36,204 nt of DNA, from the NCBI GenBank assembly GCA_934230055.1, contig CAKQEE010000001.1:1-36204 (forward strand), given 5' to 3'. Numbering within the stretch: position 1 is the first letter of the stretch; each line of letters starts with the position of its first letter. Origin of the DNA: an uncultured Clostridia bacterium (GTDB taxonomy: Bacteria; Bacillota; Clostridia; Christensenellales; Borkfalkiaceae). Below, piece after piece: positions 1 to 9,600 of this stretch. A model generated the notes under the pieces. It was not told the DNA's origin. It made no database searches and saw nothing but the letters and a program-made list of their open reading frames with translations. The translations under genes were made by a program, and so were the position numbers.

Positions 1-1266
1 TGCAAGTTCTTCGTTCTGACGTTTCAGGTTTTCCGTTTCGACGTCGCGCAGTCTGTCCTGCTCGGCAAGAAACGCAAAAAGATCGTCTATTTCGGTAAGC
101 CCCGACTCCGCGTCTTTATGCTCCTGCTTTCTGATCTGATCTAAGCCCTTAAGCAACGGCTGCAAAAACTTTCTGCTGAAAACCACGCACACGGTAAAGG
201 TAGTGCAGAGCAAAAGCAGCACCAGCAGCACCACGGAAACGACGTTGTCCGCAACCTCTTTGTCGTATTCGGACTTGGGATACGCCGCAAACAGCACGTA
301 CTCGTCGCCGCAAATAACCGTTTGCCGAACGTTTGCCACGAGCGCGGATTCCCCTCTGAGCGCGGACAACCCGTCGCCTATATCCGTTACCGTAAAAACG
401 CCTTGCGGGGGCAAGTAATACCCGCCGTAAACGCCCGTGGAAAACCCGTTTTCCGTATCGTAAGAATCCCCGTTTTTGGGGAATATCATACAAGTCAGAT
501 GTTCGAGTTGCGTGGGCTGTTCGAAATGCCTTTTAAAATACCAGGACGCGATTTCAAACCCGCAAAACCCGTATTGACTGCCGTCCCTTCCGAACACGGG
601 CACTACGAAATGCATAGCCCTTTCGGACGTTCCCGGCAAAAGCGCGATTCCCGTAAGAAAAGGCGTTATCCCTTCCGTGGGGGAACTGTGCTTTAAATAC
701 TCGTCGTAATCGTGTACCTCGTTGAGGTCGAATTCCAACTGCCATTTCCTGTGCGGAAACACCCCTTTCTCGCGCCCGATATCCACAAGTCCGCGGTATA
801 AAAGCAGAGTTTCGTCCGCCTCGTCCTGCGACGACCTTTTAAAATACAACCCCGTCCTTGACTTTTCCGCGCCGATAACGCTCGTGTCCGTGGTCGCGCC
901 AAGCATAACGAACGCCCCCGAGCAATCGGTTTTCAGCAGTTCCGAACCGAGTTTTTCGAACAACAGATTTTGCAGCGCCGCTATTTTTTGCGCGTCGTTA
1001 TCGAGATCTTTTATCGTAATTCCATGCGAAGAAAGGAACTCTTCGGTTTTTTTGGCGACGTTATCGGAAAGGGACTCGCCCATTCTCGTAAGATCCTCGA
1101 AGTATTTCAGAATCTGTCGCTCGAACGTTTTCATCTGAAAATTAAGGTTATTCGCCGCGGACTGTTTCGCGGAGGAGAAATGCCCCAAAAAGAACAACCC
1201 GCACGACAAAAACGCCAGCACGATCGCGGCGAGCGCAAGCATATACCGTAACAACTTGCGCCGCAT
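1..1266 (-). CDS. Membrane sensor protein, first 422 codons (3' end lies beyond the window). Architecture is TM1 - ~300-aa extracytoplasmic domain - TM2 - HAMP-like linker - coiled coil. Possibly a YesM/LytS-type histidine kinase, but the output domain is not visible.
   Basis: Absent from the ORF track because no stop falls inside the window. Manual translation of the minus strand from the ATG (complement of 1264-1266) stays open to position 1. It reads MRRKLLRYMLALAAIVLAFLSCGLFFLG (TM1), then a hydrophilic domain, then VVSVVLLVLLLLCTTFTVCVVF (TM2), SRKFLQPLLKGLDQIRK..TEIDDLFAFLAEQ (HAMP-like) and ..ENLKRQNEEL. It starts 43 nt downstream of the SBP stop on the same strand. No clear SD; an alternative ATG lies 8 codons in. 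Confidence 0.6.
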   Translation of the reverse strand, partial: MRRKLLRYMLALAAIVLAFLSCGLFFLGHFSSAKQSAANNLNFQMKTFERQILKYFEDLTRMGESLSDNVAKKTEEFLSSHGITIKDLDNDAQKIAALQNLLFEKLGSELLKTDCSGAFVMLGATTDTSVIGAEKSRTGLYFKRSSQDEADETLLLYRGLVDIGREKGVFPHRKWQLEFDLNEVHDYDEYLKHSSPTEGITPFLTGIALLPGTSERAMHFVVPVFGRDGSQYGFCGFEIASWYFKRHFEQPTQLEHLTCMIFPKNGDSYDTENGFSTGVYGGYYLPPQGVFTVTDIGDGLSALRGESALVANVRQTVICGDEYVLFAAYPKSEYDKEVADNVVSVVLLVLLLLCTTFTVCVVFSRKFLQPLLKGLDQIRKQEHKDAESGLTEIDDLFAFLAEQDRLRDVETENLKRQNEELA

Positions 1267-1309
1267 AGGCGTTTTTTTGTTTTTCAGACTTAAAAAAACG
1301 TTCATAAAC

Positions 1310-2641
1310 TCAGTTTCCTATACCTCGGAACAACCCCACGAGTTCGCTCGTCAGTTGTTCCGTGGTCGCTCCGCCTGCGATTTTCGCTTTCAAATCTTTT
1401 TGCAAATTCCTTATCTTCCCGTACAACTCGTAAGTTTTGGGGAAGTACCCTTTGGCGTTCGACTCGGAAAGGAAAACGCAGCTGTCCCGCGTAAGTTTAA
1501 GCGCGGCGTAAGTATCGCGGAACCCGTCGTTTTTAAACGCGTAATCGGACAACTTGTCAAACGCCCCGTTCTTTACGGGCATGTACCCCGTTTCCGCCAC
1601 GAAATCCAGATTCCGTTTCTCTTCCGTAAACCATTGCGCAAACACTTTTTCCGCCTCCGTTTTCTGATCGGTGGTTTTGTACGCGCACAGCCCCACGCCC
1701 GCTTGCGTGGCGTACTTTTCGCCCACGCCCGCCTGCGGCACGGGCAGAATTTTAAGGTTAGTATGCTCCCAGTGATTGTCGGGGTAGGTGATTTTTTCGT
1801 TATAATACAGCACCGCCGCGGAGGAGGAGATCCCGGACACCGTCTGCCCGGTCATAACCTGCGTGTTGGAATAAAGATCGGACACCACGATATGCCCCTT
1901 GGCGATAGCGTTTGCAAACTTAGTATAAGAACCGAGCAAAACTTCGTTCTCGTTATACCAGCCGTTCTCCGAATAAAACCCCTTTGCGCCGCGGCTTATC
2001 GCGTCCAACTCCACCGAGCGAAGAAGATAATCCAGCGCGCAGAACGGTTTCCCGCCCGAATACTCGTAATACTTTTCCGCCACCCCGAAAAACCCGTCCC
2101 AGGTGGCAAGGTCTTGGTAAGTCACCTTTTTTTCCGCGGCGAACCGCCCGAACGCGCTGCCCGCCAGAAACAACAGGTGAGTGGACTTGGACACCGGCAA
2201 CACCGCCAGCACTCCGTTTTCCGTTCCGTCCGCAATAAACCCTTCTACGAACTCGGAAAGTTCCTTTTCGGAAAACTCCTTTTTCCAGTCCACGAGATTT
2301 TCCGTCCCGAGTTCCGCGGCGTTGCTCGTGTGGCAGAAAAACAGATCCGGCATAGACGGCACGCCCGCCTTGCCTTGCTGCGCCTTTATCAACTTTTCCC
2401 CGATTTGAGAGGCGTTTGACATAAGCGTTACGTCGATAACAATCCCTTTTTCTCTCCCTACGGTAGAGTTAAACTCCTCCACGTACCTGTTCATGGGCGA
2501 ATCCGCCTGCTCCCCGTAAACGTGCCACATCGTAAGCGTTACGGGTTTTTTGGGATTAAGCAGCCCCTTGCCGGCGCAACCGGAAAAGGTCGCGAGCGCA
2601 AGCCCTGCGATAAATAAAACGGAAACAATCTTTTTTATCAT
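1310..2641 (-). CDS. ABC-transporter-type extracellular solute-binding lipoprotein (family 1, carbohydrate type), with no adjacent permease genes
   Basis: 443-aa ORF. The N-terminus MIKKIVSVLFIAGLALATFSGCAG is a signal peptide plus lipobox, followed by VTLTMWH, which is typical of sugar SBPs. AAGGAG lies 5 nt upstream of the ATG on the minus strand. Confidence 0.85.
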   Translation of the reverse strand: MIKKIVSVLFIAGLALATFSGCAGKGLLNPKKPVTLTMWHVYGEQADSPMNRYVEEFNSTVGREKGIVIDVTLMSNASQIGEKLIKAQQGKAGVPSMPDLFFCHTSNAAELGTENLVDWKKEFSEKELSEFVEGFIADGTENGVLAVLPVSKSTHLLFLAGSAFGRFAAEKKVTYQDLATWDGFFGVAEKYYEYSGGKPFCALDYLLRSVELDAISRGAKGFYSENGWYNENEVLLGSYTKFANAIAKGHIVVSDLYSNTQVMTGQTVSGISSSAAVLYYNEKITYPDNHWEHTNLKILPVPQAGVGEKYATQAGVGLCAYKTTDQKTEAEKVFAQWFTEEKRNLDFVAETGYMPVKNGAFDKLSDYAFKNDGFRDTYAALKLTRDSCVFLSESNAKGYFPKTYELYGKIRNLQKDLKAKIAGGATTEQLTSELVGLFRGIGN

Positions 2642-3152
2642 AACACTCCTTTTGCGGCAGGCGACGGTTTTTCCCCACCTTTTTCCCGTCCTTTTTTTAA
2701 ATTCCCCGAAAAATTTTTTTAACTTTTTTTCCTTTTTCCCAACCTTTTCGGGGTTTGGGTGGGGGACAAAACTTTTTGTTTTACGCTATAATCAACACCG
2801 TAGAAAGCGTTCTGCAAAACTTTTCAGCAGAAAAAAACGCCGCAAAACGGGGTATTAAAATCGGGCTAACACAGAGTTCGCCAACGCCCGAAAAAAATTG
2901 CGGGGAAAACCGCCCGAAAAATTTTTTTCTCTTTGACCGTACATATTGTATCATACCCGATTGCTAAAATCAAGAAAAAAATCAAAATGCACGCGCGCGG
3001 CAAAATTTTTAATTCGTAACCCGAAAATAAATTACCCCGCCGCGCAACGACCATCGGCGTAACCGCGCCGACAGACAGCGCAGAAAAAATTTTATAAGGC
3101 ATCTTGCGCAAAGGTTTTGCGCTTTGCAAAAAATATAAAGGGAGATATATTT

Positions 3153-6100
3153 ATGAGAAAGAAGCAGACGCTCACGATAAAGCTTATCGCGACGATAATC
3201 GGGTTGGCGGCGTGCGTTGCCTTTTCGATAGGAATTGCCTTTGCAAGCTTTGCGCCCGCCGTCTATGCGGAAGGCGGAACGGGAACGACGGGCGGACTTA
3301 CAATCGGCGGAACGGAAGAAGTAACCTCGCCCGACGGAACGTATACGTATACAGCCGCGGACGAAACGCTGACGCTCCAAAACTACAACGGCAAGGAAAT
3401 TGATTTTAGCGGAAAAACGATTAAAGTTGAAGGGAACAACACCATAACGGTTGACAAAACTTCCAAGAAGTTTGGCAGTTCGTATGCCGGTATTAATTCT
3501 CGTGGCGCAATCACTATTACGGGTGGCGGTTCTTTGGCGATTAACGTGGAAACGAGCGACGTGGAAGAAAGTTGTTATGGTATTATTGCCACGAACGGCA
3601 TGACCATAAACGGCGGTAACATTTCCATTAACATCAACTCATTTTACGGTAAAACAAGTATCGGGCTTTTTTCAAGTAATGGTTCTATCAAAGTAGAAGG
3701 GAGTGCGACACTTGATATTAAAGCTAAAACCGGAGCGATGAAAACATCTAATGGAGATATCATACTGTCCGGAACGAAAGAGAAAAAAATACTGACAAAT
3801 GTAGATGAGGACACGTGGAACTGCTATGGTATCTATGCCCAAAAAGGTGTTATAGATATTTCCGGTTCGGGAAAGGTAACCGTTGATTTCATTAACGGAG
3901 GCGCGTCTTGGGGAATTAGATCAGAAGAAAGCGCTATCAAGATACACGACAATGCATACGTCGAAGTAAACGGGGCGTTTTCAGGACTTATCAGTCAGTA
4001 CTTTTATAATCTGCCTACAAATCATACCGGAATTGAGATTACAGATAGTACCGTAAAAATTATGTCTTCTGTTGACAATAGCGGTACGTCTGCTTTTTCA
4101 GCCTCAGGCAATCAAAAAATAACTATAAAAAATAGCGTAGTAACGGCAGAATCACGAGAAAAGGTCTTTTCGTGCGGAAGAGAAGCTACTTTGGAGCTGT
4201 TGGGTAGTTCTACGGTTTATTTTAAGGGAAGTTATCCTGCAATACGGGACAGTGAGAACCATATATTTGATTTAGCAACAGGAGGCAGCATAACATTCGC
4301 AAGCACCTTTTATACTGTGCCTATTCGTGCAAAACTCGGAACGAATACAAGTGTGGAAGCCGGAACAAAAGGCGATGAAGTAACTGCAGGGGCAGGGATA
4401 TTCAAATATGATCCATTCGCAAAATACGGCCTTCGTTTGTGGCGTTTCGTTTACGGCGATACCACGGTTGCTTCTGCCGTTGCGGACGACGTTACGATAA
4501 GCGGAATTACAGACGCGGTTTTGACGGAACAAGATGTAAAACTTACGCTTACGGGCGATACGTTCAAGGCGATTGCAAAGGACGCCGATGTCACAACGTG
4601 GTTCAGGAATATGCCGAAAGGACTTGTCGCAAAGGCGAAGGCAGACGTTGCGGACAATGCTACCGAAATGACGATTACCATAAGCGGAACACCTACGGAA
4701 GCAAAGTCTGAATCCTTGTGGATAGAAATCCCTGTTGGTACATTAAAAACGACAAATTACGGAATGACTGTAGGCTTAGAAAATGCCAAATATGACATCG
4801 TTTCGGGTACGCCCGTAGATTGTCCTGAAGGAATTAAAGGGCTTGTTTTCAACAAAGCTGAGCAAAACGGAATTCCTGCAAACGAAGCCTATACTGTACA
4901 GAACGGCAGAGAAATAAATGCAGGAAAATATACGGCAACACTGACTCTTAAGATAGGTTATAAATGGTCTGACGGAACGACTGCGCCGAAAACGGTTGAA
5001 TGGGAAATCGCGCGGCGTCCTATTGAAGTGGAGTTAACAATTGAAAAAGATACGTATGAATATACGGGTTACGCCATTACACCTTCGCATACCGTCAAGG
5101 ATAAAGGTTCGTTAAGCGTATTAGAAACAAGCGAATATTCTGTGTCCTATGAACACAACAAAGAAATCGGTACGGCAACGATGACTGTAAGTGATAAGGA
5201 CGGCGGAAATTATCAAATCACTGCTCCTGTTTCAAAGACGTTTAAAATTGTCAAAGGCACAAAAACTCCGCCTTCGGGACTGAAAGGCGTTGCCCCGACT
5301 ACCGATGGCGGAATCGACGGCAAAATTACGGGAACAACCGCCGAGATGGAATATTCCACCGATACGGCGTTCGCTTCGCCCGAACGTTGTACGGACGGTG
5401 AAACGACGGGACTTGCAGAGGGAACGTATTACGTTCGCTATAAAGCAACCGCCGCTACCGAAGCAAGCGATTATACGGAAGTCAAAATCGGGCTTAACTC
5501 CGTGACGGTTACGGGCGGCACGGGAAGCGGCAAATATCGCGCGGGTGCGAGCGTGACCGTAAAGGCAAGCGTTCCCGCGGGAAGCGCGTTCGTTAAGTGG
5601 TCGTTTACGGGTATTCCGCTCGCCACGGCGGAAACGCTTAAAGAAGAAATTACTTTCGCTATGCCCGATAACGACGTTACGCTTACGGCAACGTTTGAAG
5701 AAATTATTTACAACGTAACGGTAACGAACGGAACGGCGAGCGCGACGACGGCAAAGTATATGACGGAAATAACCGTTACGGCGGATTCCCCCGAAGAGGA
5801 TAAAATGTTCGACAAGTGGGAAGTTACGGGGTTAGTTATCGATTCGGCAGAGCTACTTAAAAAGGAAATCACTTTCAATATGCCTGCCGGCGACGTGAGT
5901 TTTACCGCGAAGTACAAACCCGTAGAAAAATACGAAGTGGTTGTAAACGGCGGCACGGGCGGCGGCGTATATATAGTAGGCAGTTCCGTTACCGTTACCG
6001 CAGATACGCCGAAAGAGGGTAAAGCGTTCGATAAATGGACGGCGGAAGGCGTTGAACTTTCCGGCGCGACGAGCGAAACCGTCGAGTTTATAATGCCGAG

Positions 6101-6557
6101 CGGCAACGTTACCCTTACCGCGAACTACCGCAATGCCGAAGAAGCCCCGTCTTACAGCTTTAACGTTACGGGCGGTACGGGTAGCGGCGGCTATAAAGAG
6201 GGCGAAACCGTTCTCGCTTTTGCTGTCGTACCGCAGGGCAAAGAGTTCGTTAAGTGGATAGTTAAAAGCGGCAACGTTACGCTTACCGAAGCCGCAAACG
6301 GTTCGGTATCGTTCGTAATGCCGAGTGGCGACGTGGAGATCGAAGCGGTGTTTAAAGATAAGCCCGCAGAAGATCCGCCGTCGCCCGTCGTTCCCGAAGA
6401 AAAGAAGGGACTTTCGGGCGGGGCGATCGCGGCGATCGTGATATGTTCGGTGCTCGTTGCGGGCGCAGGCGGGTTTGCGATATTCTGGTTCGTGATAAGA
6501 AAAAGGAATTTTGCGGAACTGATTGCGGCGATAAAGAGCGGGTTTAAAAAAGAATAA
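3153..6557 (+). CDS. Large cell-surface protein (1134 aa). Order of parts: signal peptide, Gly-rich beta-helix-like repeats (Cthe_2159-like carbohydrate-binding fold?), MBG-like domain, four tandem divergent InlB B-repeat modules, C-terminal TM anchor.
   Basis: The track ORF is 3117-6557. I prefer the ATG at 3153, which is preceded by AAGGGAG. The N-terminus is MRKKQTLTIKLIATIIGLAACVAFSIGIAFASFAPAVYA/EGG, giving either an SPase I site or an LAAC lipobox (ambiguous). Repeats of the type GINSRGAITITGGGSLAINV, YGIIATNGMTINGGNISINI and YGIYAQKGVIDISGSGKVTV follow. The C-terminus is GLSGGAIAAIVICSVLVAGAGGFAIFWFVIRKRNF with no LPXTG. Confidence 0.8.
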   Translation: MRKKQTLTIKLIATIIGLAACVAFSIGIAFASFAPAVYAEGGTGTTGGLTIGGTEEVTSPDGTYTYTAADETLTLQNYNGKEIDFSGKTIKVEGNNTITVDKTSKKFGSSYAGINSRGAITITGGGSLAINVETSDVEESCYGIIATNGMTINGGNISININSFYGKTSIGLFSSNGSIKVEGSATLDIKAKTGAMKTSNGDIILSGTKEKKILTNVDEDTWNCYGIYAQKGVIDISGSGKVTVDFINGGASWGIRSEESAIKIHDNAYVEVNGAFSGLISQYFYNLPTNHTGIEITDSTVKIMSSVDNSGTSAFSASGNQKITIKNSVVTAESREKVFSCGREATLELLGSSTVYFKGSYPAIRDSENHIFDLATGGSITFASTFYTVPIRAKLGTNTSVEAGTKGDEVTAGAGIFKYDPFAKYGLRLWRFVYGDTTVASAVADDVTISGITDAVLTEQDVKLTLTGDTFKAIAKDADVTTWFRNMPKGLVAKAKADVADNATEMTITISGTPTEAKSESLWIEIPVGTLKTTNYGMTVGLENAKYDIVSGTPVDCPEGIKGLVFNKAEQNGIPANEAYTVQNGREINAGKYTATLTLKIGYKWSDGTTAPKTVEWEIARRPIEVELTIEKDTYEYTGYAITPSHTVKDKGSLSVLETSEYSVSYEHNKEIGTATMTVSDKDGGNYQITAPVSKTFKIVKGTKTPPSGLKGVAPTTDGGIDGKITGTTAEMEYSTDTAFASPERCTDGETTGLAEGTYYVRYKATAATEASDYTEVKIGLNSVTVTGGTGSGKYRAGASVTVKASVPAGSAFVKWSFTGIPLATAETLKEEITFAMPDNDVTLTATFEEIIYNVTVTNGTASATTAKYMTEITVTADSPEEDKMFDKWEVTGLVIDSAELLKKEITFNMPAGDVSFTAKYKPVEKYEVVVNGGTGGGVYIVGSSVTVTADTPKEGKAFDKWTAEGVELSGATSETVEFIMPSGNVTLTANYRNAEEAPSYSFNVTGGTGSGGYKEGETVLAFAVVPQGKEFVKWIVKSGNVTLTEAANGSVSFVMPSGDVEIEAVFKDKPAEDPPSPVVPEEKKGLSGGAIAAIVICSVLVAGAGGFAIFWFVIRKRNFAELIAAIKSGFKKE
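5496..6359 (+). repeat. Four tandem ~72-aa protein modules (divergent InlB B-repeat type) inside the 3153-6557 CDS
   Basis: The four modules are: VTVTGGTGSGKYRAGASVTVKASVPAGSAFVKWSF..VTLTATFEE; YNVTVTNGTASATTAKYMTEITVTADSPEEDKMFDKWEV..VSFTAKYKP; YEVVVNGGTGGGVYIVGSSVTVTADTPKEGKAFDKWTA..VTLTANYRN; and YSFNVTGGTGSGGYKEGETVLAFAVVPQGKEFVKWIV..VEIEAVFKD. They are diverged at the DNA level. Confidence 0.75.
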
Positions 6558-6664
6558 GGCAGTAAAGGCTGCGCGGAAAGGTTTGCGCGGCGGAAATTAT
6601 CGGGGTTTTTGGTCGCGGGATATTCCGCGGCGGGAAATAGATTTTCAGAAAGGAGAGGAGAAAA

Positions 6665-9600
6665 ATGAAAAGAAGAAATGTACTTTACGTTCTTACGGTT
6701 TTGTTTGCGTTGTGTCTGCTGTGTTTTGTGGGCTGTAACGTGGACACAAGACCGACGGAACTTAAAAGCGATCTCGGCATAACGGTTTCGGGCGATAGGT
6801 TCGAACCCGGAGTCGAACTCGTGACGACGAGGCTTAAACTCTCGGACGAGAGGGTAAGAGAGGCGTTGAAGAAGTTGCCGGAGGAATATTTTTCTTCCGA
6901 CGATTCGGAAATCGCGGCGATAGACATCGCGCTCGTTTCCGGCGGGAAAAGGATTCAGCCGCGGGGAAGGCTGAGAGTGGAAGTTCCCGCGCCGCTCGAA
7001 GGGGCGGAAGATTACGTCGTTTATCAGGTAATAGGCGACGAGGTGAAAAGAGTGGCTTTCGCTCGGTTCGACGACGGGGTTATACGTTTCGATACGAGCA
7101 CGTTTTCCGTTTTCCTGTTCAGGGACAGCACGGTGAAACGGAGCCTTACCGTCGTTGTGGAGGGACCTTGCGCGGGGAACGTAAAGGTGGAAATCCCGGA
7201 ATTTTTCAATTCCTACACAAAGTATTATCTCAATAACGGCGAGCAGCAAACGTTCGATCTCAGCGGCGTAGAAAGGGCGGTAAAACTTTCTGCGTCCTCG
7301 CCCGAGAACTATAAGTTTATCGGCTGGTACGAGAGTATAGACGGCGTTACGGAAAAGGAGCCGATCAGCACGGACGAGTGGTTGGAGTATAAGGTTAAGG
7401 GCAGACGCACGCTCGTGGCAAGGACGGAGGCGGAGTTGAGCGGCGTGAGCGGAATCTGGGCGTTCCCCGGCGAGTCTAACTTCCCCGTGGGGTTCGGCGA
7501 CGGCAGGGCGGCTACCCAAGTGTACGTAAGGCCCGGCAACGCGCAGAATCTGGACGCGGGCAAACTTTTGATCAAAGCGTATAAAGAGAGCGAGGGCAAC
7601 GGCGTTTATATCAACGTTTCCCCTTATCAATACGACGTAGAGGGGCTTAACGAGATCGATTACTCCAAAGAGGGCGATTATCGCGTACGGTTCGTTGCCA
7701 AAGAGAACGAAGATCTTGTTGCCGAGGTCGTGGTGCACGTTTCCGAAAGCGTGGCTAACCTCCGCGCGATAACGAACGGCAACGGGGCGTTCCGTGTAGA
7801 CGGCGGAAAGGAAAAGTATAACGACAAAACTTTTGCGCTCACGGACTCGACCGACGGATTCGAGCTGGAAGCGGAAAGGTACGTCGAGGACGCCTCTTTC
7901 AAATTCAAAGGCTGGTACAGGTACTTGGAAGGCGGAATACTCGGCGAAAAAATGTCGGACTCCGAAAAGTTAACCCTCCGCGGGGATATGGGAGATCTGA
8001 CGGTTATAGCGTTATATAAGACTCTGTCTGCGTATGAAAATCTCTTCGGCGTGTATCAGTTGCGGTTGTTCCCGGGCGAATCGGGCATACCCGTTGACGA
8101 AAGCAACGAAAGAGGAGAAATAGAGTCGTTGTTGTATTACAGACCGAACGAGGCGCAAATCGACGTAAGCAAAGTGGTCGTTAAGGGGCTTCGCAGAGCA
8201 GCGGAGGGCAACGGTTACGAATTAGTGGATCTCCGTCCCGGCGATTACGAAATAGATTACGACGGGCTGGATTTCGGCAAAGAAGGCACGTACGGAGTCA
8301 AGTTCAAAGCAAAACTTCAGGGCGACGAATCTTATTACGTAACGATAAGCATTTCGATTTTCAAAGAATACGCCGCGCTTACGGTGGAATTCGACGGAAA
8401 CGGCTCGCTTAAAGGTTCCATAGTAGATCCCGCGGCCGGTATGAGTTACGACAAAACGGAGATGACCGAAAGCGGCAAAAAATACGTGCTCGGCGCGTTT
8501 ATGAGAAGCGATTACAGAAGCATAGTCGCAACTCCCGACGAGGGACACAGATTCGCGGGCTGGTACGCCGTGGATGAAAACGGCAACCTTTCCGAAAAAC
8601 CGATTTCCACGGACGCGGAATATCGCTTTACGCAGAACGGCAAAGACGAGCATATTAAAGCGGTGTTCGGAGAAAAGGTTACCGCGATTACTGCTACCTG
8701 CGAAGGGTTCGCAGACGGTAATTTCGTTTACGTTGACGGAGTAAAACCCGATTTAAGCAAGATCGTGGTTAAAGACAACGCAGGCCGTACGCTTAGCGAA
8801 AGCGAGTACGAAGTGGACGACGGCGCGGTGGATTACGAGGTCGCGGGCGTATACGAAATCGTTATTACTTACAAAAATGACGAAAGCGTAAAAACCACGC
8901 TTACGGTCACCGTTACCAAACCGATCGACAATCTCGAGGGCGTGTATCAGTTGCGGTTGTTCCCGGGCGAATCGGGCATACCCGTTGACGAAAGCAACGA
9001 AAGAGGAGAAATAGAGTCGTTGTTGTATTACAGACCGAACGAGGCGCAAATCGACGTAAGCAAAGTGGTCGTTAAGGGGCTTCGCAGAGCAGCGGAGGGC
9101 AACGGTTACGAATTAGTGGATCTCCGTCCCGGCGATTACGAAATAGATTACGACGGGCTGGATTTCGGCAAAGAAGGCACGTACGGAGTCAAGTTCAAAG
9201 CAAAACTTCAGGGCGACGAATCTTATTACGTAACGATAAGCATTTCGATTTTCAAAGAATACGCCGCGCTTACGGTGGAATTCGACGGAAACGGCTCGCT
9301 TAAAGGTTCCATAGTAGATCCCGCGGCCGGTACGAGTTACGACAAAAAAGATATGACCGAAAGCGGCACAAAATACGTGCTCGGCGCGTTTATGAGAAGA
9401 GATTACAGAAGCATAGTCGCAACTCCCGACGAGGGACACAGATTCGCGGGCTGGTACGCCGTGGACGAAAACGGCAACCTTTCCGAAGAGCCGATTTCAA
9501 AGGACGCGGAATATCGCTTTACGCAGAACGGCAAAGACGAGCATATTAAAGCGGTGTTTGTAAAAGAGGTGCTGGCGTACGTTTATATCGATCGTTCGAT

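Noticed and set aside
1256-2419. 387-aa plus-strand ORF overlapping the SBP gene. Similar long antisense ORFs occur at 6191-7738 (515 aa), 9806-11110 (434 aa), 8222-8653, 18281-18874 and 33563-33994.
   Set aside because: All are Arg/Phe/Gly-rich and low in complexity, use TTG/GTG or SD-less starts, and lie exactly antisense to ORFs with clear family signatures. They are mirror ORFs produced by the codon bias of the real genes.
3117-3152. Longer N-terminal extensions offered by the ORF track (3117, 17306, 21122, 29102, 29748)
   Set aside because: In each case an internal ATG is preceded at 5-9 nt by an AGGAG-like SD and immediately starts a canonical signal peptide. The upstream extensions have no SD and no signal-peptide logic.
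8048-9558. Diversity-generating retroelement (template/variable repeat pair) as the explanation for the 620-bp repeat
   Set aside because: The ~11 mismatches are not adenine-specific (t/c, c/a, g/a, g/t and a/g changes all occur). Both copies are in-frame parts of one gene, and no reverse transcriptase ORF is present in the window.
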